DNA of 64,000 nucleotides from an uncultured Planctomycetales bacterium (lineage in GTDB: Bacteria; Planctomycetota; Phycisphaerae; UBA1845; PWPN01). Below the pieces are notes generated by a model. That model did not search any database and was not told the DNA's origin. It worked only from the letters and a program-made list of their open reading frames with translations. Positions within the stretch are counted from its first letter, which is position 1; each line of letters opens with the position of its first letter. A program made the translations under genes and the position numbers. The DNA lies in the NCBI GenBank assembly GCA_964653435.1, contig CAZZFA010000003.1, forward strand, positions 9,521 to 73,520, written 5' to 3'. Of the stretch, positions 48,882 to 58,146 are shown piece after piece.

Positions 48882-50828
48882 TCAGCCCGGTCGGCTCGTG
48901 GCCTGACGCAGGGCGCGAAGGAATTCGTCGGCGATTTCCCCGCCGAGCCGGCGGCAGTGGTGAACGTCCCGCCACGCGGCATCCCATTCCTTCAGCTTGT
49001 AGTACGCAGCGGCGCGGCGGCGGTAGGCTTCAGGGAAATCCGGTTTGATTTCGATGAAACGCGTCAGGTCGCCGACGGCTCCGCGGAAATCCCCCCGGTC
49101 ACTGAGGATCATGGCGCGGTTGAAGTAGCTGCCCGGGTAGTCCGGTCGCAGCTCGATGGCCCTGTCGTAGTCCCGCATCGCCCGTTCGATGTCGCCGATG
49201 GCCGCATACGCAAGGCCGCGATTGCTGTACGCCTGCGCGAGGTCCGGCCGGATCTGCAGCGCCTTCGTGTAGTCGCGGATCGCGGCATCGTACTGACGCA
49301 ACATGCCGTATGCGTTCGCACGGTTGTTATAGGCCTCGGCGTAGTCGGGGTTCAGCTCGATGGCTCGCGTCGCGTCGCGGATCGCCAGATCGTAGTTGCC
49401 GATCCGCCGGTACGTGGCGGCTCGGTTGCAGTAGGCCTCGGCAAATCGCGGCTCCAGCTCGATTGCCCGGCTGTAGTACGCGATGGCCTGCTGGTAGTCG
49501 CCCCTGGCGTCGAGGACCATGCCGCAATCGCTGTGAAGCCGCCCGGAGCCGGGGGCGAGGCGCAGCATGTAGAACTTGTGCCGTTCATCCGTCTGCCATT
49601 GCTCGATGTAATGGCGCGTGCCCACGGCCAGCAGGACCGCAGCCGCCAGCACCCCCGCCGCCGGCAGAGCCGGGCGCCAGAACGGTCGGCCGGCGGTCGG
49701 CTCGCCCGCCACGGCAATGATTGCCCACGCCAGCACGATCACCAGCCCGCAAGCCGGCAGGTAGGCGTACTTGTCCGCCGCGATCACATTCGTGAACCCG
49801 ATGCCGCCCATGGTCGGAAAGATGACGACGAAGAAGAACAGCCAGCCCGACAGCAGGGCCCGCGTCCATCGCAGGCTCAACAGCAGCACAGCCAGCAGCA
49901 CCGCCGTGCCGATCGCGCCGGCCAGAACGGCCGGATGGCTCAGCGCCATCGGCTCCGGCTTCGGATAAAACGATGAGAGGTGCAGCGGCAGGATGATCTT
50001 GCGCAAATAGAAGACGACGTTGTGGCACACGCCGAGCAGGATGGCGGTGCGCGATGTCGGGTCGGGCACGGCTACGCCGGCCGTGCGCGCCTGCGAGATC
50101 ATCGTAATGATCGCCGAGGCGCACGAGAGGGCGAACAGCGGCGTCTTCTCGACCACGGCCCGCACGCTCAGCCGCTTCAGAGGCCAGAAGTCCAGCACCA
50201 GAAGGCCCATCGGCAGCAGCGTCGTGGTAGGCTTGGCCATCAGGGCGAGGCCCAGCAGCAGGAAGCACAGGGCATAGGCTCGTCGGGAACGGGTGCGGAC
50301 GAAACGGAGATACGCATGCAGGCAGCCCAGGGCGAACAGAGATGCCAGCACCGTCTTGCGGTCGCCGACCCAGGCGATGGGCTCGACCGTCAGCGGATGC
50401 AGACCGAACAGCAGGGCTGCGCCAAAGGCCGCCCATGGCCTGCGGAAGAGGCGATACAGCAGCAGAAAAACGAGGGCCGTGTTCGCCGTGTGCAGGATCA
50501 GGCTGGTGCGATGAAAAGGCCGAAGGTTTTCCGGTGAACCGCCGAGGGCGCAGTCCAGCATGAGCGAGATCATGGCCAGCGGCTGATAATAGCCCCTGAC
50601 CGTGGCAGGCGCGAGGACCTCGGTCAGAAACTGTGCGGCCCCTTTCCAGCTCGGATTCCGCACCCGGTCGTTGTCGGTGAGATACTCCTGGTCGTCGAAG
50701 GTGAGGGCCTGGCATGTCAGCACGGGCCGATGAACGGCGATAACCGTGACGACGAGAAGGAGCCCCGCTATCGTCACCGTCAGCGGCGCGGGAAGCGACC
50801 GTCGAGGAGTTGCCGACGCGGCGGTCAT
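48882..50828 (-). CDS. Polytopic membrane protein with C-terminal TPR array (TMTC/PMT-like GT-C glycosyltransferase family, tentative)
   Basis: About 10 TM segments are followed by at least 6 canonical TPR units (AEAYCNRAATYRRIGNYDLAIRDATRAIELNPDYAEAYNNRANAY...). The start is uncertain: ATG 50828, 50906 or 50918. ORF-track 51377 is unlikely. Confidence 0.75.
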   Translation of the reverse strand: MTAASATPRRSLPAPLTVTIAGLLLVVTVIAVHRPVLTCQALTFDDQEYLTDNDRVRNPSWKGAAQFLTEVLAPATVRGYYQPLAMISLMLDCALGGSPENLRPFHRTSLILHTANTALVFLLLYRLFRRPWAAFGAALLFGLHPLTVEPIAWVGDRKTVLASLFALGCLHAYLRFVRTRSRRAYALCFLLLGLALMAKPTTTLLPMGLLVLDFWPLKRLSVRAVVEKTPLFALSCASAIITMISQARTAGVAVPDPTSRTAILLGVCHNVVFYLRKIILPLHLSSFYPKPEPMALSHPAVLAGAIGTAVLLAVLLLSLRWTRALLSGWLFFFVVIFPTMGGIGFTNVIAADKYAYLPACGLVIVLAWAIIAVAGEPTAGRPFWRPALPAAGVLAAAVLLAVGTRHYIEQWQTDERHKFYMLRLAPGSGRLHSDCGMVLDARGDYQQAIAYYSRAIELEPRFAEAYCNRAATYRRIGNYDLAIRDATRAIELNPDYAEAYNNRANAYGMLRQYDAAIRDYTKALQIRPDLAQAYSNRGLAYAAIGDIERAMRDYDRAIELRPDYPGSYFNRAMILSDRGDFRGAVGDLTRFIEIKPDFPEAYRRRAAAYYKLKEWDAAWRDVHHCRRLGGEIADEFLRALRQATSRPG

Positions 50829-51196
50829 GGGACGGTGGCCGGGTCGTTCCACGGCGTCCGCGGCCGCATGTCGTGCCCGCCCGCGAATTCCCCAACGCCT
50901 TTTCATCGCACGCCACATGCCTTCTTCTCGTCCGTTCCCGCGGCGAAGGACATGATCCGCCCGGGTTCCGGCTACCTCGCCGTGGAACGTACCGGCGCGA
51001 GCGTATTCCGTCATAGCGAGGGCGTCAAGAATCCTGCGACACCACGCTTTCTGTCCGTGCCCGACGAAAACAGCGGCCCGGCGTCGGGGAGGTTCATTCT
51101 TTCCGGGTTTTCGTTGACCTTGCGGCGCCGGCGGGGATAATGGGTACGTGCGAGTCGTATTGGTGACGATTCGGTAACCCAACCGGGGATTTCGAA

Positions 51197-52297
51197 ATGA
51201 CAAGTCCAGCGAGGATGTGGATGGGGTTTGTGTTGATCGCTCTGAGCGCCTTCGTTGCCGGCCAAGGCGGCGGCTCCTGCGGCTCAGTGGCATTCGACAA
51301 CGGCGGAGGGGCAGGCGGCGGATCGGACGCCTCCGGGGTCGATCCGCTGGCGCCGTTGACGCCCGAGCCCGATCCACTGGCGCCGTTGACGCCCGAGCCT
51401 GATCCGCTGGCGCCGCTGGTCAATACTCCTCGCGGGGCATGCGGCCTCTGGGTCGGGACGCTCACCGGCACCCGGCACTGGGTAAAGACGGTGCATTATG
51501 AGTGCCCCTGGCAGAGCGGCGGCCACGACACAACGGACAGCAAAGACGATACGACGCACACGTCGAGCATCGACATGATGTTCCCCGATGCGTTCGGCGG
51601 GGCCGACAAGTGGGGCACGGGGATAAGCTGTGCTCCGTCCGGCTCGAGCTCCAGGGCCCTCAGCACCAGCGGTACGGTTACGTACACGCGACACTGGTAT
51701 GAGAATTACGATTACGGCGACGAATGCGGCCGGTTCCACGGGGACGCCATCGACGAGACGTTCTCGTTCGGCGTGAAGGCCGAGGATGTGCAGATGTGGG
51801 TGACGGTCCACGCCTCCACCTACACGGAGCAGCAGGCGATCATCGCGGAGCGGCCGTGCCGCACGGAGTACCCCGTCGAGGTCACGATCATGGTCAGTCC
51901 GCCGTCCTCGGGCGGCTCGGGCAACTATGTTTCGACGGAAACGAGCAAGCCGTGCGATTTGCCGAAGACGACCACCACGAAAGAGCACGCCGTCACCGAG
52001 AACTCCGCGGCTTCCTACATCGCGATTCTCTACGGCACGTATCACATCGCGGCGAACGGATCCGACACGATCGAGGCGAGCCGCGACACCACGAACCCGG
52101 TGAATCCCGATTCGGCTGCGGGGTGTCCCGGCGTCAACGATTCCTGCACGTGCCAGTCCGGCGAGACGCTTACCGAGCAGTACACGCTGAGCCTGACGCG
52201 CTTCCCCGAGGGGGATCGCGACATGGACGGCGAATGCGACAGCGTGGACCCGTGCCCGGATGCGGCATTCGAGAATGAATGCGACGGCACGCCGTGA
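51197..52297 (+). CDS. Secreted hypothetical protein with DPLAPLTPEP repeats and a Cys/Asp-rich C terminus
   Basis: Signal peptide MTSPARMWMGFVLIALSAFVAG, a Gly-rich linker, 2.7 copies of DPLAPLTPEP, a ~280-aa body with no recognisable motifs, and a C-terminal GDRDMDGECDSVDPCPD (thrombospondin-type-3-like Ca-binding motif). Confidence 0.7.
   Translation: MTSPARMWMGFVLIALSAFVAGQGGGSCGSVAFDNGGGAGGGSDASGVDPLAPLTPEPDPLAPLTPEPDPLAPLVNTPRGACGLWVGTLTGTRHWVKTVHYECPWQSGGHDTTDSKDDTTHTSSIDMMFPDAFGGADKWGTGISCAPSGSSSRALSTSGTVTYTRHWYENYDYGDECGRFHGDAIDETFSFGVKAEDVQMWVTVHASTYTEQQAIIAERPCRTEYPVEVTIMVSPPSSGGSGNYVSTETSKPCDLPKTTTTKEHAVTENSAASYIAILYGTYHIAANGSDTIEASRDTTNPVNPDSAAGCPGVNDSCTCQSGETLTEQYTLSLTRFPEGDRDMDGECDSVDPCPDAAFENECDGTP
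51341..51420 (+). repeat. 30-bp in-frame tandem repeat (2.7 copies) inside CDS 51197..52297
   Basis: gatccgctggcgccgttgacgcccgagccc / gatccactggcgccgttgacgcccgagcct / gatccgctggcgccgctggt. Confidence 0.9.
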
Positions 52298-52351
52298 GGG
52301 TGAAGTCGGGCTCTGGAGATGCCGAGCGAAGTCGGGCTCCGCAAAGCCCTC

Positions 52352-53377
52352 CTACCGGGTGGTGATTCCCGTTCGGGCGGTCTCGACCAGGGCGGCGAGG
52401 TTTGCCGCGGGCGTGCCGGGGGGGATGTCGCATCCGCTGCTGAGGATCCATCGCGATCCGGCGGCGGCACGGCATACGGCGGCGGTCTCGCGGCGCACCT
52501 CGTCGGGCGTTCCGAGAAAGAGCAATGCCGACGGGTTCAGGTTGCCACGCATCGCGACCCGCCCGGCGACGAGCCGCACCGCTTCGTCCGCGGGGACCTG
52601 ATAGTCCACGTCGAGGAAGTCGACGCCGGTCGCGATCAGCCCGTCGAGGATCGGTGTGATGCCGCCGCATACGTGCAGGCCGGCAAAACGCCAGCCCATC
52701 GTCTTGACGGCGGCGATGAGCCGGACGTGGCACGGCTGGACCTGCTGCAGGTACATGGCCGGCGAGATGAAGTTCGGCGAACACGTCGCCTCGCCGAAGA
52801 CCAGGCCGTCGGCCCCGCTGGCGAGCGAGCCGCGCGAGACGGCGATCGCGACGTCCGTGGTGAACTCCAGGATTTCGCGGGCATAGTCCGGCCGCTCGAG
52901 CATGTCGATGAGGATGTTCTCCACGCCGCACAACTGCGAGGCGATGTTGAGCGGTCCGCGCAGCGTGGAGAGGACGAACGCATGGCGCCCGATGCGGTCG
53001 GCCACCTGGCGGACGGCGGCCTGGTACATCGGCATCCGCCCGCCGGCAGCCGGGTCGATCCGCCGCAGGTCGTCGAGGCTCGCGCCGCCGGCGAGCAGAT
53101 GCTGGCGCACGATCGGCCCGGCGTCCGGCGGCTGATCCACGCGGGCGCCGAGCGCCTCGACCTCGCCGGCGACGCCCAGCGTGAGCTGCACGCCGTCGAA
53201 ACCGAATCGCTCGTAGCCGCGGACGATCACGTCGGCCATGACATCGGCGTCAGTGAAGTAACGCCCGAGGGGCACGTCGGCATAGCGGGTGAGCGCGGTA
53301 TGGACGATCGGCATGACCGGGGGGCGCTCGGCCGGCTCGCCTGAGAGCACGCGGATGATGGATTCCTTGCCGGTCAT
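52352..53377 (-). CDS. Uroporphyrinogen-decarboxylase-family protein (URO-D / MtaA-CmuA-like)
   Basis: MTGKESIIRVLSGEPAERPPVMPIV..., and a TIM-barrel URO-D-like layout through ...GCDIPPGTPAANLAALVE. Confidence 0.75.
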   Translation of the reverse strand: MTGKESIIRVLSGEPAERPPVMPIVHTALTRYADVPLGRYFTDADVMADVIVRGYERFGFDGVQLTLGVAGEVEALGARVDQPPDAGPIVRQHLLAGGASLDDLRRIDPAAGGRMPMYQAAVRQVADRIGRHAFVLSTLRGPLNIASQLCGVENILIDMLERPDYAREILEFTTDVAIAVSRGSLASGADGLVFGEATCSPNFISPAMYLQQVQPCHVRLIAAVKTMGWRFAGLHVCGGITPILDGLIATGVDFLDVDYQVPADEAVRLVAGRVAMRGNLNPSALLFLGTPDEVRRETAAVCRAAAGSRWILSSGCDIPPGTPAANLAALVETARTGITTR

Positions 53378-53506
53378 GCGGGCATCTTCTTATGTAATGG
53401 GCGGGTCGGCAGCCGCCTGGCTACTCCCGATCCGGCCTCGCTTGAATCACGAGTCGCATACTGCAAGCACGCGGCCCCCGTGAAGCCTTTGCACGCGGGG
53501 TCTTGG

Positions 53507-53831
53507 GCGCTCGCTTGCGCTTCGCGTTCTGTCGGCCGGCGCACGTCCCGCCCGGTGGTCGTCAAGCCACGCGCTGCCGGGCGCTCGCTTGCGCTTCGCG
53601 TTCTGTCGGTCGGCGCGCGTCCCGCCCGGTGGTCGTCAAGACACGCGCTGCCGGGCGCTCGCTTGCGCTTCGCGTTCTGTCGGCCGGCGCGCGTCCCGCC
53701 CGGTGGTCGTCAAGACACGCGCTGCCGGGCGCTCGCTTGCGCTTCGCGTTCTGTCGGCCGGCGCGCGGCCCGCCCGGTGGTCGTCAAGACACGCGCTGCC
53801 GGGTGCCCGCTTGCGCTCCGCGTCCGGTCGG
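53507..53831. repeat. Intergenic tandem array: 74-bp unit x 4 plus a degenerate partial fifth copy
   Basis: Unit GCGCTCGCTTGCGCTTCGCGTTCTGTCGGCCGGCGCGCGTCCCGCCCGGTGGTCGTCAAGACACGCGCTGCCGG at 53507, 53581, 53655 and 53729, with 1-3 substitutions per copy. A degenerate copy starts at 53803. There are no spacers, and the period is not a multiple of 3. Confidence 0.9.
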
Positions 53832-53853
53832 GGCTACCGGTTTGCAGACGGCT

Positions 53854-54645
53854 TCAGAGCCGCAGCCCCTTCGCTCGCGCGGCATCCTGCAGGCAGCGGG
53901 CCATGATCTCATAGCCGGCGTAGTGCGGGTGCAGGCCGTCGCGCGAGAGGTCCTTGCGGAGGGCGCCGGTCGCATCGGCAACGTGCGAGGCGTAATCCAC
54001 GTAGATGCAGCCCTTGGTCTGGCAGGCCGCCTTGAGCTGCGCGTTGATCTTCGGCAGGATGCGGGCCTTGCCCTCGTGATTCTTCGTGTCGCTGTTCGTC
54101 GGCAGGATCGAGCAGACGAACGTGTGGATCCCCGCCGCGCGGGCGTCGTCCATCATCGAACCGATGGCGGCCGTCACGGCGCGGATGATCTCCTCGTCGC
54201 TCTGGTTTGCGCTGAGCATCCGCGAGACGTCGTTCGTCCCGGCGAGGATCACGACATTTCGCGGGCGCAACTGGATCACGTCCGCCGCGAATCGCCGGGC
54301 CATGTGCGTGGCGATGTCGCCGCCGATGCCGCGGTTGAGGATGACGCCGTCGCTGGGGGCGAAGTACGCGTCGAGCTGCCACAGCTCCGTGATCGAGTCG
54401 CCCATGAAGACGGTACCGACGGCCACATCCTCGCGAATGATTTCCTCATTCCAGAAGTCGAAGCGGCCGCGAAGCCGGTCGGCCGGGGCGTTGTCGCCGA
54501 ACAACCCCGGCTTGATCAACTGCTGCCGCGCCTCCGTCGTGCGGCCGGCCCGCCGGATGGCCGGGCCCTGCTGGCATCCCATGACGGCCGCGAGGGTCAG
54601 AATCCCGAACGTCGTCATCCACGCCCGTTGAAGTGGTCGATTCAC
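53854..54645 (-). CDS. SGNH/GDSL-family hydrolase, lipoprotein-type signal
   Basis: Signal/lipobox LTLAAVMGC, block I FMGDSITE (Ser nucleophile), and block III/V LAGTND ... DGLHP. Confidence 0.85.
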   Translation of the reverse strand: MNRPLQRAWMTTFGILTLAAVMGCQQGPAIRRAGRTTEARQQLIKPGLFGDNAPADRLRGRFDFWNEEIIREDVAVGTVFMGDSITELWQLDAYFAPSDGVILNRGIGGDIATHMARRFAADVIQLRPRNVVILAGTNDVSRMLSANQSDEEIIRAVTAAIGSMMDDARAAGIHTFVCSILPTNSDTKNHEGKARILPKINAQLKAACQTKGCIYVDYASHVADATGALRKDLSRDGLHPHYAGYEIMARCLQDAARAKGLRL

Positions 54646-54750
54646 CGATTGCCTCCTTTATGCGTCAAGCTCCGCAGGGCGGTCCATTGACCGCCAGATT
54701 ACCCGCCGCGCGGCCTTCAGCGGCAGCCGAACACGGCCGCGCCAGCGGCC

Positions 54751-54830
54751 GTCATGCTGAGCGAAGCGAAGCATCCGGCTCCTTTGCGCCAATCAGCCGG
54801 ATTCTTCGTCGCTGCGCTCCTCAGAATGAC
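54751..54830. repeat. REP-like imperfect inverted repeat (hairpin element)
   Basis: The left arm gtcatgctgagcgaagcgaagcatccgg (54751-54778) pairs with the right arm ccggattcttcgtcgctgcgctcctcagaatgac (54797-54830) around an 18-nt loop. It is intergenic, between two minus-strand genes. Confidence 0.8.
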
Positions 54831-54896
54831 GGGTAGCGCTACCGCCGCAGCGCGATAGCATGCGCGCAGGGCGCGCAAAAGGTGCGACGCCAGACT

Positions 54897-55934
54897 TTAG
54901 TCCTCCGCGAACGCCGCGTCGAACGCGCGCGCCGACGGCGCGAAATCCAGTTTCCGGACGAACTCGCACGCCTCCGCCGCCCCGTGCTCACGGTCCATGC
55001 CGCCGTCTTCCCACTCGACGGAGAGCGGGCCCTGATAGTTGATCTCGTTCAATGCGCGAATGATCGCCTCGAAGTCCACGCATCCGCGGCCGAGCGAGCG
55101 GAAGTCCCAGTACCGGTCCGGGTGGCCGAAGTTCAGGTGGCCGCCGAAGACCCCGGCGCGGGTCGGCCGCGAGGACCAGTACACATCCTTCATGTGCGTG
55201 TGGAAGATCCGGTCGCGGAACTGCCGGATGAAGGCGACGTAGTCCACACCCTGGTAGCCGAGGTGGCTCGGGTCGAAGTTGAAGCCGAACCGCGGGTGCC
55301 CCTTGATCTCCTCGACGGCACGGGCGGCCGACGAGATGTCGAACGCGATCTCCGTGGGGTGCACCTCGAGGGCGAAGTAGACGTCTTCCTTCTCGAACAC
55401 GTCGAGGATCGGTTTGAACCGCTTGGCGAAGTCCTTGTAGCCGTTGTCGATCTGATCGGGGAAGTTCGGCGGGAACGAGTAGAGCAGCGGCCAGATGCTG
55501 CTGCCGGTGAAGCCGTTCACGACGACGCGTTTGAGTTCCTTCCTGACGGCCGGCGGTGCGGCGTCGAAGAACTTGCGGGCGGCGCGGGCCGTGTCCATCA
55601 GTTCCTGGGCGGCACGCTGGCGGACGCCCTCGGGCTTGCCGTCGCCCCAGACGTAATCCGGGAGGATCGACTTGTGCCGCGGGTCGATGTTGTCGCAGAC
55701 CGCCTGCCCGACCAGGTGCGCGCTGATGGCGAAGCACTTGAGCCCGGCCTTCGTCAGGACCTCCCACTTCTTCTTGCAGTAGGATGCGTCCTTCAGGGCC
55801 GCCTGGACCTCGAAGTGATCACCCCAGCAGGCCAGCTCCAGGCCGTCGTATCCGAACTTCTTCGCCTTCTTGCACAGGTCAACCAGCTTCAGATCGGCCC
55901 ATTGGCCGGTGAACAACGTGACGGGTCGTGCCAT
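54897..55934 (-). CDS. Sugar phosphate isomerase/epimerase (xylose-isomerase-like TIM barrel)
   Basis: [41 protein letters not shown]... Start ATG 55934. The ORF-track 54897..56708 fuses it to upstream non-coding and other-gene sequence. Confidence 0.85.
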   Translation of the reverse strand: MARPVTLFTGQWADLKLVDLCKKAKKFGYDGLELACWGDHFEVQAALKDASYCKKKWEVLTKAGLKCFAISAHLVGQAVCDNIDPRHKSILPDYVWGDGKPEGVRQRAAQELMDTARAARKFFDAAPPAVRKELKRVVVNGFTGSSIWPLLYSFPPNFPDQIDNGYKDFAKRFKPILDVFEKEDVYFALEVHPTEIAFDISSAARAVEEIKGHPRFGFNFDPSHLGYQGVDYVAFIRQFRDRIFHTHMKDVYWSSRPTRAGVFGGHLNFGHPDRYWDFRSLGRGCVDFEAIIRALNEINYQGPLSVEWEDGGMDREHGAAEACEFVRKLDFAPSARAFDAAFAED

Positions 55935-56165
55935 ATTTCGCCTTCCTTTTTCTCTGCAGGGCTCGTCGGCTGGGACGCAACCACACGTTGCGCTGGACCG
56001 CGCCGCGCCTCGAAAAGCGCTCTGAATCGTACCACGGAGCCGCGGGCTCGGCAATGCGGGAGAGGAGCCCGCAGCCCCTCGAAACGAGGAGGCCGGCAGC
56101 AACAGGGCAGGCCGGCGCCCTCGGGGAACGGGCGCCCCGCCGTCTCGTGGCGTGCAGGATGTACG

Positions 56166-56176
56166 CCCCCCCCCCC
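56166..56176. repeat. C11 homopolymer tract (G11 on the minus strand)
   Basis: Eleven consecutive C (gtacgCCCCCCCCCCCgacg), 7 nt downstream of the purC stop and ~230 nt upstream of the sugar isomerase start, both on the minus strand. Confidence 0.9.
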
Positions 56177-56182
56177 GACGTT

Positions 56183-57076
56183 CTACGCCAGCTTCGTGCC
56201 CGTCAGGCGTTCGTAGGCTTCGAGGTACTTCGCCGAGGTCTTTGCCACGACGTCGTCCGGCAGCACCGGGCCGGGCGGCTGCTTGTTGAAGTGAATGGAT
56301 TCCAGATAGTTCCGCACGAACTGCTTGTCGTAGCTCGGTTGGTCGTGGCCGGGTTCGTACTGGTCCGCCGGCCAGAATCGCGACGAGTCGGGCGTGAGCA
56401 CCTCGTCGATGAGGATAAGGTCGCTGCCTGCGCGGCCCCACTCGAACTTCGTGTCGGCGATGATCACCCCGCGTTCGCGGGCGTACTCCGCCGCGTGCAC
56501 ATAGAGGGCGATGCTGCGGTCGCGGATGGCCGTCATCACGTCGCGCCCGACGAGGCGGGCCGCCTCCTCGAAGGATACATTCCGGTCGTGGCCGCTCTCT
56601 TCCTTGGTCGCCGGCGTGAAGATCGGCTCCGGCAACGGATCGCACTGTTTCAGGCCCGGCGGCAACGCCACCCCGCACACGTGCCCCGTTTCCTGATACT
56701 CCTTCCACCCGCTGCCGGCAAGATACCCGCGGACGACCGCCTCGATCGGCACCACCTGCGTCTTGCGGACGACCATCGACCGCCCCCGGAGCTGGTCGAT
56801 GTACGGCTCGAAGCCCTTCGGCGCCCGGTCGCCGACGGCCTCGATCAGGTGGTGCGGCGTGATCGATCCGAGCCGCCCGAACCAGAACAGCGAAAGCCCC
56901 GTGAGCACCCGACCCTTGTCCGGGATGCCGTTGGCCATCACCACGTCGAACGCGCTGATCCGGTCCGTTGCGACGATCAGCAGCCGCTCGCCGAGGTCGA
57001 AGATGTCGCGAACCTTGCCCCGGCGGACGGGTCGCCCGGGGATGTCCGTCCGAAGAAGAACGGGACCTTGCCGCAT
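56183..57076 (-). CDS. purC: Phosphoribosylaminoimidazole-succinocarboxamide (SAICAR) synthase
   Basis: [29 protein letters not shown]...IPDKGRVLT...[10 protein letters not shown]. Start ATG 57076 within ORF 56183..57427. Confidence 0.9.
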   Translation of the reverse strand: MRQGPVLLRTDIPGRPVRRGKVRDIFDLGERLLIVATDRISAFDVVMANGIPDKGRVLTGLSLFWFGRLGSITPHHLIEAVGDRAPKGFEPYIDQLRGRSMVVRKTQVVPIEAVVRGYLAGSGWKEYQETGHVCGVALPPGLKQCDPLPEPIFTPATKEESGHDRNVSFEEAARLVGRDVMTAIRDRSIALYVHAAEYARERGVIIADTKFEWGRAGSDLILIDEVLTPDSSRFWPADQYEPGHDQPSYDKQFVRNYLESIHFNKQPPGPVLPDDVVAKTSAKYLEAYERLTGTKLA

Positions 57077-57093
57077 GATCTTGCCTCGCTTTG

Positions 57094-58146
57094 TTACTGA
57101 ACGCCGTAACCCGCGGTGGATCGCCGGATGACGTGCTCGAGTTCGTTGCCGCGCCCCGACGATTGCGAACGCTGCCGCGGTTGTCGCTGCTGCTCCTGCC
57201 GCTGCTTCCTTTCTTCCTGCATCTTGCGCATCCGCTCCGCGCGCTCCCGCTGGGCGGGCGTCATGTGCGCCGCGGTGATGACCGTCCGGCGAAGCTCCTC
57301 CAGATTCTTCTTGTCGGCCAGCAGCTTCGTCTTCTCCTCCTTGTTCGTCCGGAGCGTCGCGTCGAGCCGCATCCTCGCGTCGAGCAGGCTGATTGCGTAG
57401 GAAACGTGCTTGGCGAACGCCGTGCATTCGTCCGGCCTGTGGTCGCGGTCGGCAAAGGACTTGGGATTGTTCATGAACTCGCTGATCTTGATCCCCGTCG
57501 CGTTTTCGCCGCCGCCTGGGCCTCCGGCCGGCTCGGCCGGCGCGGGCTCCCGGTCATCCTCGGCCTTGCCCGGTTCGTTGCGGTGCAGACGCCGGTCAAC
57601 GTTGCGAAGCGCGTCGCCTTCTCTGCCTTCCGCTCGCGGTTCGCCACGGGTCGTTTTGCCCGCGGGTCGCGACGTCGGCGGCGGCGTGCACGGCTCCTCG
57701 AGCGCCTTCTTGTAGGCCTCGTCGATTCTCTTCACGAGCGGCTCGTTCTCGTACGCGGTTACGTACTGCAGGCGGATCGCGCCCGTTCTGGACTGCTCCT
57801 TCGCGTTCTCGAAATGGACGTCCGCGGCAAGGTCCGCCAGCGGCATCTGCGCTTCCTTCTCGGCCTCGGCGGAGAGCGTTTCGAGTTCGTCCTTCTTCGA
57901 GCTGTTGATCAGCCGCGTGAGGTTGACGCTCGCCTTGCGGTATTCCTTGTTCCGCCACTGCTCGATCGCCTCGCGGAGAACCTTCGGCTTGTCCTCGGCG
58001 CTGACGGGTTTGCTCACATCATCCTCGGCGCTGCGATCCGGCTGGCTGGCGGGGGCCTTGGCCTCCCCGTCTGCCGCCCGCGCCGGCCCTGCCATCGCCG
58101 CCGCCAGCAGCGCGCATACAACCGCACCATGTACTCGTCGAATCAT
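57094..58146 (-). CDS. Secreted hypothetical protein (charged, coiled-coil-like)
   Basis: Signal peptide [27 protein letters not shown], balanced composition, and a Lys/Glu/Arg-rich C terminus. The antisense ORF 57091..58185 is Leu/Arg-rich junk. Confidence 0.7.
   Translation of the reverse strand: MIRRVHGAVVCALLAAAMAGPARAADGEAKAPASQPDRSAEDDVSKPVSAEDKPKVLREAIEQWRNKEYRKASVNLTRLINSSKKDELETLSAEAEKEAQMPLADLAADVHFENAKEQSRTGAIRLQYVTAYENEPLVKRIDEAYKKALEEPCTPPPTSRPAGKTTRGEPRAEGREGDALRNVDRRLHRNEPGKAEDDREPAPAEPAGGPGGGENATGIKISEFMNNPKSFADRDHRPDECTAFAKHVSYAISLLDARMRLDATLRTNKEEKTKLLADKKNLEELRRTVITAAHMTPAQRERAERMRKMQEERKQRQEQQRQPRQRSQSSGRGNELEHVIRRSTAGYGVQ

Noticed and set aside
53434-53448. An exact 15-nt match, GGCCTCGCTTGAATC, at 53434-53448 and 61563-61577 (the latter overlaps the DUF1559 start region).
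   Set aside because: A few chance 15-mer matches are expected in 64 kb on both strands, and more so at biased composition. Similarity does not extend beyond the 15 nt.
53507-53831. The possibility that the 74-bp array is a CRISPR locus.
   Set aside because: The copies are directly adjacent with no unique spacers, the unit is too long, and no cas genes are nearby.
53480-54690. Plus-strand ORFs 53480..53914, 53503..54690 and 53589..53906, which encode apparently repetitive proteins (…RSVGRRASRPVVVKTRAAG…).
   Set aside because: They merely read through the 74-bp tandem array. The period is not a multiple of 3, so each copy is read in a different frame. The remainder of 53503..54690 is antisense to the SGNH hydrolase.
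54897-56708. N-terminal extensions in the ORF track that fuse genes to upstream sequence. Examples are 54897..56708, 56183..57427, 57905..59314, 59324..60790, 39029..40156, 1545..3425, 3554..4630, 36679..38172, 42724..44202, 47101..48987 and 48882..51377.
   Set aside because: The recognisable protein begins at an internal start (for example MCGIVGY for Glm[33 protein letters not shown]). The upstream parts are low-complexity, overlap neighbouring genes, or cross intergenic regions.
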